A stretch of DNA of 64,000 nucleotides from an uncultured Gammaproteobacteria bacterium (GCA_963705725.1 CAVPKM010000017.1:1-64000); one strand, 5' to 3'; shown: positions 41,074-53,480, counted from the first letter of the stretch. Numbers and translations are program-made. The notes: generated by a model not told the origin, from the sequence alone.

Positions 41074-43735
41074 TCACCAGGAGGATGTCAAATTATTATT
41101 TTCAGCTTGAGGATCAAATGTAGTGGTTTTTGATCTTTTAGGAGGCGGTGTGTCTGTGTTATCTCCGTCTCTAGGGTGAAATTTTTTAAAAAAGTTACTT
41201 TCTGTAGAAACAGCTTTCTCATCATTAAGTAACTGACGGACTGAATTAAATCTTTCCTGGTTAAGTTGAGGAATATATTTTATACAATCCTCAGTTTGTT
41301 TTTTATAAACGACACTTGGAATAATTTTCTTACAGCGACGAATAATAGTTTTTGCCTTAATAATATCATCATCATTATTGGATTGAACAAGTGTTGAGAT
41401 TGCAAAAAATAAAAAACTAGAGCGAGTACATAGGGATGGCCTCCCTGGAAGCGGGCTCGAAAGTTGCTGAGAATAAAAGCAACGTTTTTATCATATAATG
41501 AAATAATTACGTTATCCCAATTATTATGTTGGGCGTTTTTAAATAAATCATTTGTTAATTTCCGTGACTTATCAACAAAGTCAAATTGATTAATTTTAAT
41601 CGAAGGTGAGATAGAGTGGCCATACAATAATAATAGTTTCACGATCTCTCTCTGTTCTAACACAACCGCATAACAAAGAGCATCCATATAGATATCATCA
41701 ACTTGAAAAGGTTTATTTGGTGCATTGCATCCAGTATCAAGTAAAAATTTGCAAGCCTCATAGGACTTGGCTTTGATAGTCGTCATGATAAGATGGGGGG
41801 ATAAAGTTCTAGGATTTGCCCTCATTTTTAATAATAATTGCGCTAAATCAAGATTACCATTTATTACAGCGAGAGCTAAAGGAGAGAGTTGATTATTATT
41901 ATGCTGATTAATATCTAATTTAGCGTCAAGTAGTAAGTGAATGAAATCTGAGCTTGTGTTATTTGGAAGCGCATGAAATAAGTTGCCTCCATGAGGAAGT
42001 GGTAGAGTAACATTGGCGCCTTCATTTATTAGTAATGCTGAAATTTCAAAACAGCCACTTGCTACTAAAATTGATAGTAGCGTTTTGCCACGCGAGATTT
42101 GAGGCGCAGTAAAGGAGGGAAAAATAGTCTGCCCATCGAAAGTGTAATTGGGATTAATCAAATTATTTTGGATTAATCTTTTTGCGAGAGTTAAAAATTT
42201 ATTCGTCACTAGAAAATCGATACATTGCTGATGAAGAGCTTCTGGGTCCTCCTGCAAACAACTTAAATCCGCTCCCAATTCAATAAATTTTTCAGCTAAA
42301 TCAAGGCGCCTCCTGAAAAAAGCATGACTCAATGGCGTTCGGCCGTCCCAGATTGTCTCCTCATCGTTCTCGTTGATATTTAATCCTTTGTCTAAAAGAT
42401 ATTCGATAAAATCCTGAGATTGATGATTGGACAAAAGAAAAAGTACATTGTTGGAACCCGTACCCAAATCAGCGCCATTTTCAATCAATAATTTACAAAG
42501 GTCGTTATATTCTACATTAGAGATAGCATTTGATAAGGGGGTTTCATTATTATCGTCTATTTGATTAATATTCAAACTCTGCCCAACAAGATATTGGATA
42601 AATGAATTGGGGTGTTTGGGGGCAGTATATGAAATAAGTTTTGACCGCTAGGAAGTGCTGAAAAAATATCAGCCCCTTGATAAATTAATAATAGGGCAAT
42701 CTCGAAGCAGCCTTTTTCTATTGAAATTGAGAGTAAGGTTTGCTGAAAATATTCGTGCGTAGCATTATCATTGCAAATATAATTAGGATTAATTAGGTCG
42801 TTTTCAACTAATATTTTTGGGAGACGATAGAATTTTCTATCCAAACAATCGATGAAATGTCTAAAAATTTGTTCTTTAGGAAATTGGTCCAAGCAAGTTA
42901 AATCTGCTGCTAAATCAATAAATTTTTCAGCCAAACTATATTGATGATTGTTAAGAGCTGTTATTAACGGCGTTTGATTATCGTTGTTTTTCTGATTAAG
43001 ATTTAAACCTTTATCTAAAAGATATTTTATAAAATCTAAAGACGTATCATCTTTCAATGAGTGAAATAGATTATTATTTTCACGGAGAATAGTGAGATCT
43101 GCGCCATTTTCGATCAATAATTTTTTTAAATTTTCATTACCATAATATAAAGGAGTAAAGCCTTGCTTATCCTCATGATTAATAGTTAAGCCGTGCTCAT
43201 TGAGATATTTAATAAATGAATCAGGTGTATTAGCTGGCAATACGTGAAATAGGTTTTGATCAAATTTTTTCCTATTATAACAATTCGCTCCATTTTTAAT
43301 TAGCAATTTTGCCAAATCGAATTTACTTCTTCTAACAGCGTGAAATAAAGGGGTTTTGCCTGAAGAATTCTCATTTTCGATCCAGAGGCCCAGCCTCAGT
43401 AGAAATTGAATAAATTCATTTGATGTTTCATTTGGTAACAGGTGGAGCAAGGTGTTGCCTTTTGGCGTAGGTTTTAAAATATTTGCACCGTTTTCTATTA
43501 AGATTTTTGCAGCGGTGAAGTAACCATTTCTAATGGCAAATACTAAACGCGGTAATTTGCCCACGCGATTCTAGCACGCTAATTAAATTAGATGGCGTAT
43601 TGTCAGGTAAGAGATGAAATATATTTTCACCATTGGGATAGAGGGGGAAAACTGCTTTGTTCTTAGTAATTAACTTTATGGCCAATTCAAAATCTCAAGA
43701 GCCGTGACTAAGGTATTTTTTGTATCGCCAAGCAT
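41074..43735 (-). CDS. Ankyrin-repeat protein, candidate effector (multiple frameshifts; pseudogene or assembly errors)
   Basis: Many TPL..A/LIENGAD ankyrin repeats in ORFs 42572-43564 and 41280-42575; ATG 43735 after GAGG; C-terminal pieces continue in other frames to TGA 41074. Confidence 0.8.
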
Positions 43736-43825
43736 TTTTTCCTCTATATAAATTTAAAAAAACAAAAATTTATCAGATATTTATATTTTTTTCAAGATTA
43801 GCTGTCAACAGAAATTGATAATCTG

Positions 43826-44506
43826 TTAAACATAAAGCGTAGGATCTGCTATTTCGGCTTCTCTAAACCCTTTTTTTCTCAAAGTGCAAGCGTCGCAATT
43901 GCCGCAGGCGCGACCTGTCTTTGAAGCTTGATAGCAGGTAATGGTTTGACTGTAGTCTACACCCAAGGCAAGACCTTGCTTAATTGTTTCAGCCTTACTG
44001 AGATGAATAATAGGCGCATGGATAGTAAAAGTTTGACCTTCAACACCTGCCTTTGTTGCGATTCTGGCAAGTTTTTGAAATTGTTTGATGAACTCTGGGC
44101 GGCAATCTGGGTAGTGAGAATAATCTACTGCGCTTACGCCAATAAAAATATCAAAAGCTTGAATAATTTCTGCAAAGCTGAGTGCAATAGATAAGAGAAC
44201 TGTATTGCGTGCTGGCACGTAGGTGGGAGGGATGGCTGAAGAATCGGAGACCGCTGGGATAGCAATATTTTGATCAGTCAAAGCTGAACCACCAAATTCT
44301 CCGATTGGGAGATGGAATTCTTTGTGATTTTTGGCGCCAAGGAGCTTAGAAATATGTGCTGCTGCAGAGAGTTCGCTGCAATGTTTTTGTCCATAATTAA
44401 TCGTGAGTGTTGAGCAGATAAATCCTTGGTTCAATGCAATTGCAAGACAAGTTGTCGAGTCCAGACCACCAGAGGCGAGCACAACAGCTTTTTTTAATTC
44501 AGTCAT
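43826..44506 (-). CDS. queC: 7-cyano-7-deazaguanine synthase
   Basis: [19 protein letters not shown] and CGNCDAC motifs. Confidence 0.96.
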   Translation of the reverse strand: MTELKKAVVLASGGLDSTTCLAIALNQGFICSTLTINYGQKHCSELSAAAHISKLLGAKNHKEFHLPIGEFGGSALTDQNIAIPAVSDSSAIPPTYVPARNTVLLSIALSFAEIIQAFDIFIGVSAVDYSHYPDCRPEFIKQFQKLARIATKAGVEGQTFTIHAPIIHLSKAETIKQGLALGVDYSQTITCYQASKTGRACGNCDACTLRKKGFREAEIADPTLYV

Positions 44507-46196
44507 TAGATTTTCTCAAAATAAATAAATAGCCTATTACGGGTTCATTTCGCTGAACACGCAATGTCACTTCATCTTCCTTCAAAATTTGCAAATTAAA
44601 TTGATTACTCAGTGCTTGAATATATTGCTTTGAATGCACATAGCGAGTTGATCTTTCTAACTGAAAAGTTCCGCTACTTAATTTTTCGACGGTGAAGGCA
44701 AAATTTCCTCCTGATTTTAACGCAGAATGCACAGCGTTGAAAATGGCCTCAAGATCGCCAAGATAACCAAACACATCTGCGGCAAGGATGAGATCAACTT
44801 GTTTAATTTTACTAAGATAAGTGGTTAAATCCTCTACGATAAGTGTATTATAAATGGCCTTGGTCTTGGCAATTTCAATCATCTTCGGTGCAATATCCAC
44901 ACCAACAAGCGTTGCGGCATAAGGTTTGAATAAAGCGCCGCATAGCCCGGTCCCGCATCCCAAATCAACAATAAAAAGCTTCCCTTTTTTATCCGCAATA
45001 AAAGGTTCAGTATATTCAACAAGTAAGCGGTGAGCTTGGTAGTGTAATTTTTCTGTTAAATGTTTTTCAAAATAAGGGGCATATTGATTAAATAAATTTT
45101 TAACAAAGGGAAGCGGGGCTTGTTTTGGAATTTGTTTTTGCTCTGTAAGTGCGCTGAGCAGGTAGGGTATTTCTAAATTATCAGGCTGTAGTGCTAGCGC
45201 TAGGCGATAATGTTTAATGGCTGCTTGGTATTTTTCTATTTTTAAGTATGTGGTGGCAAGGTTGACATGCGCATCAAATAATTCCGGCATCATTTCAAGC
45301 GCAGAGCAAAAATAATCAATCGCTTCGTAATAACGATCTTGGTAAGCATAAATGACACCAATATTAAAATAAAGGTCAGCATCAGGACGAGTTTTTAGGC
45401 TTTGTAGATAATGGGAGAGGGCTTCCTCAATTTGATTGAGACTCATGTAGGTAGAGCCAAGATTATAATGCGCTTCATGATGATTAGGATCAACGTCGAG
45501 CGCTTTTTTAAAATACTCAATCGCTTCTAGCAATTTCCCTTTTTTTACTAGAATACTGCCGTAATTAATATAAGGAGCCGGTTCTTTTGGTGCTAAAGCG
45601 ATAAGCTCGGCATAATGAAATAACGCTGTTTCTAGTTGGTTAGTTTCTTGTAGCAATTGCCCAATTTGACTGTGCGCTTCTTTGTAATTTGGCTCGAGTG
45701 AAAGTGTAATTTTTAGATTTATTATCGCTTCTTCAAGCTTTTCCTGTTTAATCAGCGCTAATGCGAAGTTGTAATAAGCATCTGCATAATCAGGCTTAAA
45801 GCTGATGGCACTTTGATAATGCGAGATGGCTTCTTCTAAGCGGTTTTGTTTGAGATAAACATTAGCCAGGTTGCTATGCGCAGTTGCAGGATTGGGGGAA
45901 AGCGCAATCGCTTTTTCGTAGTATTGTAATGCTTCCTCATACTTGCCAAGGTACCATAGGACATTCCCCATACTATTTAGGTAAGTATAAGTGTAAGGGG
46001 CGATTTCAAGTGCGCGTTCGAGAAAATGTTGAGCCTGTTCATAATGACCTTGTTGGGCGCATAAAATGCCATATAGATGCAGTAAATCAGCATCATCGGG
46101 GCTTTCAGCAAGCAATTCCTCGTAAATTTTTTGTGCAAGTGCTAATTGTCCTTCTTGATGATAAGAAACCGCAAGTTGCAACAAATCACTGATCAT
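44499..46196 (-). CDS. TPR-repeat protein with C-terminal SAM methyltransferase
   Basis: About 10 TPRs, then [17 protein letters not shown] and [11 protein letters not shown]. Confidence 0.9.
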   Translation of the reverse strand: MISDLLQLAVSYHQEGQLALAQKIYEELLAESPDDADLLHLYGILCAQQGHYEQAQHFLERALEIAPYTYTYLNSMGNVLWYLGKYEEALQYYEKAIALSPNPATAHSNLANVYLKQNRLEEAISHYQSAISFKPDYADAYYNFALALIKQEKLEEAIINLKITLSLEPNYKEAHSQIGQLLQETNQLETALFHYAELIALAPKEPAPYINYGSILVKKGKLLEAIEYFKKALDVDPNHHEAHYNLGSTYMSLNQIEEALSHYLQSLKTRPDADLYFNIGVIYAYQDRYYEAIDYFCSALEMMPELFDAHVNLATTYLKIEKYQAAIKHYRLALALQPDNLEIPYLLSALTEQKQIPKQAPLPFVKNLFNQYAPYFEKHLTEKLHYQAHRLLVEYTEPFIADKKGKLFIVDLGCGTGLCGALFKPYAATLVGVDIAPKMIEIAKTKAIYNTLIVEDLTTYLSKIKQVDLILAADVFGYLGDLEAIFNAVHSALKSGGNFAFTVEKLSSGTFQLERSTRYVHSKQYIQALSNQFNLQILKEDEVTLRVQRNEPVIGYLFILRKSND

Positions 46197-47186
46197 TTAT
46201 AAAGTATGGTGATTTTCACGTAACTTTTCTGCCAAAAGATTGACAGCCATGATATAAAAATCACTATTGTTATAAGTGGAAATTACCTGGAAATTTTTAA
46301 ATCCCAGCCAGTATTCATTGGCTGTCTCGTTTTTTAGTGAGATGAATGAAACTTTGCCATCAAATGGTTTTCTTGGTTGAACGCCATCTTGGAGAAGATC
46401 AGCTGCTGTATAATAAGGTTTAAAGTTTTTTCTTACTAAATAACTGCAGTCTTTATTTTCACAGGTGGCACGTATGGCAACAGCTTCGCCAGTTTTCCAA
46501 CCATGTTTATTTAAATAATTACCTACGCTACTGATCGCATCCTCATCGTTGTTAAATAAATCAGCATAGCCTTTTTGGTTAGCGTCAACAGCATAATGCC
46601 GGTAGCTGCTTGGCATAAATTGAGGTAGTCCAACAGCGCCTGCATAAGAGCCTTTAAGTAACAGGGTAGGGAGTTGGTTTTCTCTAGCGAGGAGGAGGTA
46701 TTCTGTTAATTCAGAGCGGAAAAATTTTTCTCGTTTACCATGACTAAAGGCAAGGGTTGCTAACGTATTGAAAACAGGAAAATTCCCTTTATTGGCGCCG
46801 TATTTAGTTTCAACACCAATGATGGCGAGGATAATGCTGGGTGGAACGCCATACTGTTTTTCGATGTTATCTAAAAATTTTTCATGTGTTTTCCAATAAG
46901 CCAGGCCTTTCTCAATTCGCGCTGGCGTGATCATCAGGGCTTTATATTGATCCCAAGTCATGACTGATTCTGTTGGCTTTGTTACCTTTGCCAAGACTTC
47001 TTCATTAATCGTGACCGTGCTGAACATCTTTTCTAATGTTGCTTTGTCGAAATGGTGCTTAACGACTAAATGCTCAATATATTCTTGCACTGCAGGATCG
47101 CTGGTGGCACAGTAATTTGCAAACAGGGGGAAGGAGGCGAGTATGAGCCAGGTACTAAAAAGTCCGATTATCAGTTTTTTCATCAT
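46197..47186 (-). CDS. mltB: Lytic murein transglycosylase B
   Basis: IIGVETKYG, GSYAGAVGLPQFMPSSY and YNNS motifs. Confidence 0.93.
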   Translation of the reverse strand: MMKKLIIGLFSTWLILASFPLFANYCATSDPAVQEYIEHLVVKHHFDKATLEKMFSTVTINEEVLAKVTKPTESVMTWDQYKALMITPARIEKGLAYWKTHEKFLDNIEKQYGVPPSIILAIIGVETKYGANKGNFPVFNTLATLAFSHGKREKFFRSELTEYLLLARENQLPTLLLKGSYAGAVGLPQFMPSSYRHYAVDANQKGYADLFNNDEDAISSVGNYLNKHGWKTGEAVAIRATCENKDCSYLVRKNFKPYYTAADLLQDGVQPRKPFDGKVSFISLKNETANEYWLGFKNFQVISTYNNSDFYIMAVNLLAEKLRENHHTL

Positions 47187-47195
47187 TTTCTACCT

Positions 47196-48329
47196 TTAGC
47201 GGCCGAGCAATTTACGATGGGTATAAATGGACATAATAATACCAAAGCCAGCTAAAATTGTCACCATAGAGGTCCCGCCGTAGCTAACTAAGGGTAGGGG
47301 AAGACCCACTACCGGCAAGATTCCGCTGACCATGCCAATGTTCACGAAGAACGAGATAAAAAACATTAAGCTAATGCTACCGGCAAGGAGCCTGGAAAAA
47401 GTATCTTGGGCCATGATGCTAATTCGGAGTCCTCTTAGCACAATAATTAAAAATAACGTAATTAAGGTAATCCCTCCGATTAGACCGAATTCTTCACCGC
47501 AGACCCCGAAGATAAAATCGGTTGAATGTTCAGGTAAAAATTGCAAGTGCGATTGAGTGCCATTTAACCAGCCTTTGCCGAAAACTCCTCCTGATCCAAT
47601 TGCGATTTTTGATTGGATGATGTGATAGCCACTGCCAAGCGGATCTCTTTCTGGGTTTAAAAAAGTGAGTACTCTCTCTCGTTGATAATCATGCATAAAG
47701 AAATTCCAAAGGATAGGAAAACTGCAGCAAGCAAGAAATCCCAAGGCTAAAATGATGCGCCAACTTAATCCAGCTAAAATCAGTACCGCAGCGCCACAGG
47801 AGGCAAGAATAATAGCGGTTCCAAGGTCGGGTTGAATTGCAGTTAAGCCAACGGGTATCACCAGCATCAGGCTTGCCAGGAGGAGTTTGCCGAAAGAAGG
47901 AGGGAGTTGTTTATCATGAAAATACCAGGCTAGCATCATTGGAACGGCTAATTTCATGATTTCAGAGGGTTGAAATTTAATGGCGCCAAGGCCTAGCCAA
48001 CGCTGTGCGCCTTTGCCAGTGTGCCCAATGACCAATGTTGCAATCAAAAGCAACGTTCCTGCGGTAAAGACATAGGGAGCCCATTGGTAATATCTACGAG
48101 GCGGAATTTGAGCAAAAATTAACATTAATAACCAGGCAGCACCCAGTCGGATTCCTTGTCGAAAGAGAACGCTTAAATTCGCCCCATCTGCGCTATATAA
48201 AATAATGATGCCGACCGCAATTAATATGCTGACGCAGCTTAGCAGGAAAGGATCGAGATGAAGCTTTTCCCATAAGGGTCTTCTTAAATTATTACTGGGC
48301 TGATGATAGGAATAAATATCTCGATGCAT
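47196..48329 (-). CDS. rodA: Rod shape-determining protein RodA
   Basis: GAQRWL, FQPSE, QPDLGT and LPEHSTDFIF motifs. Confidence 0.96.
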   Translation of the reverse strand: MHRDIYSYHQPSNNLRRPLWEKLHLDPFLLSCVSILIAVGIIILYSADGANLSVLFRQGIRLGAAWLLMLIFAQIPPRRYYQWAPYVFTAGTLLLIATLVIGHTGKGAQRWLGLGAIKFQPSEIMKLAVPMMLAWYFHDKQLPPSFGKLLLASLMLVIPVGLTAIQPDLGTAIILASCGAAVLILAGLSWRIILALGFLACCSFPILWNFFMHDYQRERVLTFLNPERDPLGSGYHIIQSKIAIGSGGVFGKGWLNGTQSHLQFLPEHSTDFIFGVCGEEFGLIGGITLITLFLIIVLRGLRISIMAQDTFSRLLAGSISLMFFISFFVNIGMVSGILPVVGLPLPLVSYGGTSMVTILAGFGIIMSIYTHRKLLGR

Positions 48330-48349
48330 ATGCTACCTTCTTATAAATC

Positions 48350-50275
48350 TTAATCTGCGCCATGCTCTTCTTGTGCATTTTCAGTTCCTGCTTGATCACT
48401 GCCGTCTACTGCGACTGGTTGAACTTCTGGCATGCCAAATTGATGGGTTGATCCAAAATAGTAATCATAAATTGCACGTGCTATTTTCGGAGCTAGGGTG
48501 CTGTTCTCGACTAATACTGCCATGGCGATTTGTGGTTTATCAATAGGTGCAAAGGAAATAAAAAGTTTGTGATTGCGTAAATTTTTAGGCAGGGCAGCAT
48601 CACTACCATGCGTATTTGCTCCGATAATCCGGGTCAATTGCGCGGTTCCTGTTTTGGCTGCAATCGTGTAAGGGACTTTAGCAAAGGCAATAGCAGCGGT
48701 ACCTTGTGGTGTAGAAGTCACTTTCCCCATTGCCTCAATGACGATATCCCAGTACCTGGGGTTTCTTAAAATAACACCAGGTTGTTGAATTGGTTTTAGC
48801 TCCACCATGGTGCCATCGGGCTTTTCAGCCTTGTAAAATAAACGTGGCTGATATCGCTTTCCATGGTTGGCTAAGACCGCCGCGCCGTTAGCAAGTTGTA
48901 AGGGGGTAGTGAGCATATACCCTTGACCGATTCCTGCAGCAATGGTATCGCCAATCCACCACTTAGCATGCAATTTTTTGCGTTTCCACTCGACGGAAGG
49001 GACAAGGCCTGCTAATTCTTCATCCACATCTAGCCCGGTCAGTTGACCAAAACCAAATTTTCGTAAATAGTCATACATGCGATCGACACCTAGTTTAACG
49101 GAAAGACCATAAAAATAAATGTCGCAGGAAACGGTAATGGCCTTGGGCAGATTGACTATGCCATGTCCTTCTTTCTTCCAATCTCGATAAACATGGCGTA
49201 CTCCTGCCATCGAAAAAATACCTGGATCTCGAATGCTATAACCGACTGTAGTAGCCCCGGTATCAAGACCTGCGATGGCTAAAAATGGTTTAATGGTGGA
49301 AGCAAAAGGATAAATACCACGGATCGCTCGGTTATAAAGTGGCTTGTCGGTTGAATTTCGTAGCGCTTTGTAATGTTTTGGGTCAATGCCGATCACAAAG
49401 GGATTGGGGTCATATCCAGGGTTACTGACTAGGGTTAACACTTCTCCTGTTTGCGGTTTAATGATAACTACAGCGCCTTTCTCATGCCCCATGATTTTTT
49501 CAACAGCTAACTGCAGGCGGCTATCCAGTGTTAGGTAAATGTTATCACCGCGAATAGGCGGGTATTCATTGAGGGTTCGGACATAGCGACCATTTGCATC
49601 GACCTCTACCTGCTGATAACCAACCTTGCCATGAAGGGCTTTTTCATAATACTTTTCTACTCCTAATTTTCCGATTGAACTTGAGCCGGCATAATTAGTT
49701 TCATCAATTTCTTTAGCTTCTTGCTCATTAATGCGTGCAACATAGCCTAGGGCGCTAACAAACTGTTCGCCGTAAGGATAATGACGAAACATTCCTGCAG
49801 TAACGGCAACACCAGGAAAGCGATATTGGTTTACATAAAATCGTGCCACTTCTTCTTCAGTCAGCTTTACCTTGATTGGAACAGGCTGGTAAGGTCGATG
49901 TTCTCGCATTTCTTTATTAAATCGTTTTAGATCTTCGGGAGTGAGTTCAAAAAATTCGCCTAGCCGCATAATCAACCCATTTAAATCTGCAACATGATCG
50001 GGAGTGATCACGAGGTTGTAGATAGGAACATTTTCCGCCAAAACAATCCCATTGCGGTCCATAATCAGTCCGCGATTGGGCTCAATTGGAATCAAGCTCA
50101 GCTGATTTTGGTTAGAAAGCGTAATATAAAGCGCGTGTTCTTTGACTTGTAAAAAATATAGTCTGCCCATTAGTGAGGCGGAAGCAAGAATGATCAGGCT
50201 GACTAATACAATAATTCGACGAGAAAACAGGTGCATTTCTCGGTGATTATTTTTAATAGTCGTTTTCTTAGCCAT
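48350..50275 (-). CDS. mrdA: Penicillin-binding protein 2
   Basis: RGLIMDRNG, STIK, SCD and KTGTAQ motifs. Confidence 0.96.
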   Translation of the reverse strand: MAKKTTIKNNHREMHLFSRRIIVLVSLIILASASLMGRLYFLQVKEHALYITLSNQNQLSLIPIEPNRGLIMDRNGIVLAENVPIYNLVITPDHVADLNGLIMRLGEFFELTPEDLKRFNKEMREHRPYQPVPIKVKLTEEEVARFYVNQYRFPGVAVTAGMFRHYPYGEQFVSALGYVARINEQEAKEIDETNYAGSSSIGKLGVEKYYEKALHGKVGYQQVEVDANGRYVRTLNEYPPIRGDNIYLTLDSRLQLAVEKIMGHEKGAVVIIKPQTGEVLTLVSNPGYDPNPFVIGIDPKHYKALRNSTDKPLYNRAIRGIYPFASTIKPFLAIAGLDTGATTVGYSIRDPGIFSMAGVRHVYRDWKKEGHGIVNLPKAITVSCDIYFYGLSVKLGVDRMYDYLRKFGFGQLTGLDVDEELAGLVPSVEWKRKKLHAKWWIGDTIAAGIGQGYMLTTPLQLANGAAVLANHGKRYQPRLFYKAEKPDGTMVELKPIQQPGVILRNPRYWDIVIEAMGKVTSTPQGTAAIAFAKVPYTIAAKTGTAQLTRIIGANTHGSDAALPKNLRNHKLFISFAPIDKPQIAMAVLVENSTLAPKIARAIYDYYFGSTHQFGMPEVQPVAVDGSDQAGTENAQEEHGAD

Positions 50276-50278
50276 GTT

Positions 50279-50740
50279 TTAATTTCTATGGTAAGGATGA
50301 TGATTAATAATACTCCATGAGCGATAAAGTTGCTCGGCCACGATGATTCTTACGAGGGGATGGGGAAAGGTAAGGGAAGAAAGTGACCATTTTTTATCCG
50401 CTTGTGCTAAACATTCCATTGTCAATCCTTCTGGGCCACCAATTAATAAGCTAAGTGCTTGAGCGGTGTCTTGCCATTTTTGTAAATGGGCTGCGAGCGT
50501 TTCTGTGCTCCACTGTTCACCTTGGACATCCAAGGCAATGACGAAATTATCCTTGGGAATGGCGGCCAGCATCAGTTTTCCTTCTTGCTTGATTTGGCGA
50601 GTGCAATCACTGCTAGGGCGCTTGATAAGGGGAATTTCAACTAAGCGGATAAAGTTCGATGGCAAACGTTTCGCATATTCCTGATAACCTGCTTCTACCC
50701 AGGATGGCATGCGTTTTCCAATTGCAATCAAGTTAATCAC
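50279..50740 (-). CDS. rlmH: 23S rRNA m3Psi1915 methyltransferase
   Basis: IGGPEG, TFPHPLVR, EQLYR and HPYHR motifs. Confidence 0.96.
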   Translation of the reverse strand: MINLIAIGKRMPSWVEAGYQEYAKRLPSNFIRLVEIPLIKRPSSDCTRQIKQEGKLMLAAIPKDNFVIALDVQGEQWSTETLAAHLQKWQDTAQALSLLIGGPEGLTMECLAQADKKWSLSSLTFPHPLVRIIVAEQLYRSWSIINHHPYHRN

Positions 50741-51080
50741 TGTCTTCCCTGGCTTTTAACGTCACACTCCAAAGTTTTTCTAGGCTATAGAATTTGCGGA
50801 TTTCTGGCAACATGATATGGGCAACGACACTCCCAAGGTCAACGAGCAGCCACTCATTTTGCATGTCTCCTTCCACTCCAAGTGGCTGAATTCCTTGTGC
50901 CTTGAGGGTGCTGACGACATGGTCGCCAAGTGCATGAGCATGTCGCTTCGAGGTGGCGCTACAGATGACCATCCAGTCTGTCACGCTGGTGAGCTCTCGC
51001 ACCTCTAAGGTGACGATATCTTCTGCTTTGTGGTCATCTAGTATTTTTACGACAAGATCGAGTAATGTAGTTGTTTCCAT
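50733..51080 (-). CDS. rsfS: Ribosome silencing factor
   Basis: KAEDIV, WLLVDLG..VAHIM and FYSLEKLW motifs. Confidence 0.95.
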   Translation of the reverse strand: METTTLLDLVVKILDDHKAEDIVTLEVRELTSVTDWMVICSATSKRHAHALGDHVVSTLKAQGIQPLGVEGDMQNEWLLVDLGSVVAHIMLPEIRKFYSLEKLWSVTLKAREDSD

Positions 51081-51157
51081 AAGATCCCTGTTATATCTTT
51101 TTATTTCTCGATCTTAACGCGTATTGTTAACTACCGCAAAAAAATTGTGGCGATTGT

Positions 51158-53452
51158 TTACTGATTTTTGGGACCTGTTGATGGTTTTGACGAAGATTCA
51201 TCCGCATCGACTTTTATATCGCCCATTTGTTTTCTTTTATGACGAAAAAGTGTCAGGCCTTCTCCGACCTTATGTTCTGAAACAACACCTAGCGTTCCTT
51301 TGATATCGCGAGAGTTGAGCATTTTAGCCGCGTAAAAACCGGCCATTATGCCTAGAGAAGCTATAATAGAAACTATTTTCATGAAGCCTGTTACCACATC
51401 CGTCACTATTCGTGATTTTTTGCCGGTTTCTTTAATACCATCGATAACTTTGACCTTTGTGCCCCCTGGAGTGATTGTTTCTTTCTCTAGATTTCTTACC
51501 GTTTCATGTATCTTAGCTTTCACAGTTAAAAATTCATCGTCTTGATTTGTCGCTTGGTTTTCGAGTTTTTTTACATAGGCAAGAGGATAATGAATCATAT
51601 TAATTTGAAAAATAATGCCTTTGATTCTATCGTAGTTAGATGCTCCCATTGAACAATAAAGAGAATTATTATAATAATCTTCTATCTTTAGGAATTTTGG
51701 GTTTGGAGCTGGTTTAGCTAGTTCTAGAGCTAGATTATCTTTCAAGTTTTTTGCATCATCCAGGAGTAACTCTTTTGCGTCTCTAAAAGATTGTTTTGTG
51801 AGAGCATTGGATGTCCAAAGATAGCCGGGCGTACATGCCTTCTCTAGCTGCTCAATTAATTCTGCTAAATATTGCTCTTGAGGATTTTTTAGCGCAGTGT
51901 CGTATAATCGTCGAGAAATCACAGAAATTTCTTTGTATAATTGAGGACTAGTTTGCTTTACTGCATTGGCTAACTTCTCGCCTTCGTCAGCTAATAAAAT
52001 TTCCGTCATGTGATAGGCGATTGGCTTTTTTTTGTTTTCATCTTCATTTCGAAGCGAATTATATTGCTCTGCCAATTTCATTACTTTTTGTACTTTAGGA
52101 TTAGAGAGGTCCGTAATATATTCACTTTCTTCTGTTGACAGTGCAGCTGTTTGTTCCAGGTTGTTTGAATCATCAAGCTCACTGAATGCCTGTTTCAGCT
52201 TATCAATGGATTTATCTTTAGTAAGACCGGAGAGTAAGTGAATCTTACGATAGTCTTTTTGAGTTAGGGATAAGGGTAATTTTTTTTCCACTTCCGTAAG
52301 GGCATATTTGCAAATTGCAGTTGAATTGACTGGATCAATTGAAGTTAATTGCTTGATAGTTGCAATTAACTCTTCAAGCACAAAGAATTCATTGTTTCGT
52401 AGCTTAGTTAATAGAGAGGCTAGATTGTTTATGGTGTCATCTTTAATTTTGTACGCATTTTTTGTGAGCGTTTGGATGGTGCGGCTACTTATTGTGCTTG
52501 CAGGAAGAAATCGAGTTAATATAGCCTCGAGTGCTTTTTGCTCAGGGTCATCAATAACCCCTAAAATATGACTTTTGACAAGAAGCGTTGCTAGCTTCGC
52601 TCTAAATTGAGAATCTTGAACTGAATAGTCATTTAGCGCTCCCCATTCCTCATTGCTGAACATGTTTAGCAGAGTAATGCTGCGAGTCAAATCATTAATA
52701 TCGCTTAGATTGGCATTTGAAAGGATTTTTATTGGTACCCAATATTTTAAATCTCCTCCATATTCTGGAATATCTTCTCGATCTAGAATTGAATGTATGT
52801 TAGAGCAATTTGTATGCAAAGAGATATCTAAAACTTGCAGGTGATAATTTCCTTGAGAACCTGCAAGTTTGAGCTTGCTTGAATAAGTACAGAGTGGAAC
52901 GGGTTCTGAAACTTCGTCTTGTAGTATTCCTTCATTATTTAAATAAAAATTTTTGTTGTTTATGACTACCGCCATGACCTCAAACTTCACTTTGAACTCA
53001 ATCTCACCATCTTGATTTTTATAACAAGTAATTGTTGCCTCATTAATACTTGGAGAAAAAGTGGCTTCTGATAAATTAATTTCACTCAATTTTCCATTGT
53101 CATCCTGCACTAAAGTTGTGCCAGAAAGATAGAGAGTGGATTGTGCTTCTTGTTTCAGAAAGTTGTTAGGCAATGACTGATTAATATAGTCGGAAATGAA
53201 ATCAGCTTTTGATCCAGGATCACTAATTTTATCTCCGGTAAAAGATTCAATTAAACTTTTTGCTTCAGATTTTTTTTGATCAATAAATTGAATAGATTTA
53301 CGCTCAATATCTCCATATGTCACATCTTTAGCAGCTGGAAAAAGCTTGGATTGTTCCAATTTTTTTACAGTTAAACTCGCTGCTAAAAGACTTTCTGAAT
53401 AGCTAAACTTATATAAAGAGGATGGCTCTTCGTTTTCAAAATATTCTTTCAT
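51158..53452 (-). CDS. Orphan protein (764 aa) with C-terminal hydrophobic segment, candidate effector; paralog of 53526-56891
   Basis: Shares IESFTGDKIS, KADFI..INQSL, PLCTY, LDR.DIP and KQMG.IKVD with the neighbouring gene. Confidence 0.8.
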   Translation of the reverse strand: MKEYFENEEPSSLYKFSYSESLLAASLTVKKLEQSKLFPAAKDVTYGDIERKSIQFIDQKKSEAKSLIESFTGDKISDPGSKADFISDYINQSLPNNFLKQEAQSTLYLSGTTLVQDDNGKLSEINLSEATFSPSINEATITCYKNQDGEIEFKVKFEVMAVVINNKNFYLNNEGILQDEVSEPVPLCTYSSKLKLAGSQGNYHLQVLDISLHTNCSNIHSILDREDIPEYGGDLKYWVPIKILSNANLSDINDLTRSITLLNMFSNEEWGALNDYSVQDSQFRAKLATLLVKSHILGVIDDPEQKALEAILTRFLPASTISSRTIQTLTKNAYKIKDDTINNLASLLTKLRNNEFFVLEELIATIKQLTSIDPVNSTAICKYALTEVEKKLPLSLTQKDYRKIHLLSGLTKDKSIDKLKQAFSELDDSNNLEQTAALSTEESEYITDLSNPKVQKVMKLAEQYNSLRNEDENKKKPIAYHMTEILLADEGEKLANAVKQTSPQLYKEISVISRRLYDTALKNPQEQYLAELIEQLEKACTPGYLWTSNALTKQSFRDAKELLLDDAKNLKDNLALELAKPAPNPKFLKIEDYYNNSLYCSMGASNYDRIKGIIFQINMIHYPLAYVKKLENQATNQDDEFLTVKAKIHETVRNLEKETITPGGTKVKVIDGIKETGKKSRIVTDVVTGFMKIVSIIASLGIMAGFYAAKMLNSRDIKGTLGVVSEHKVGEGLTLFRHKRKQMGDIKVDADESSSKPSTGPKNQ

Positions 53453-53480
53453 ATGACTTTCTCTCTGGTACTTTTCTACT

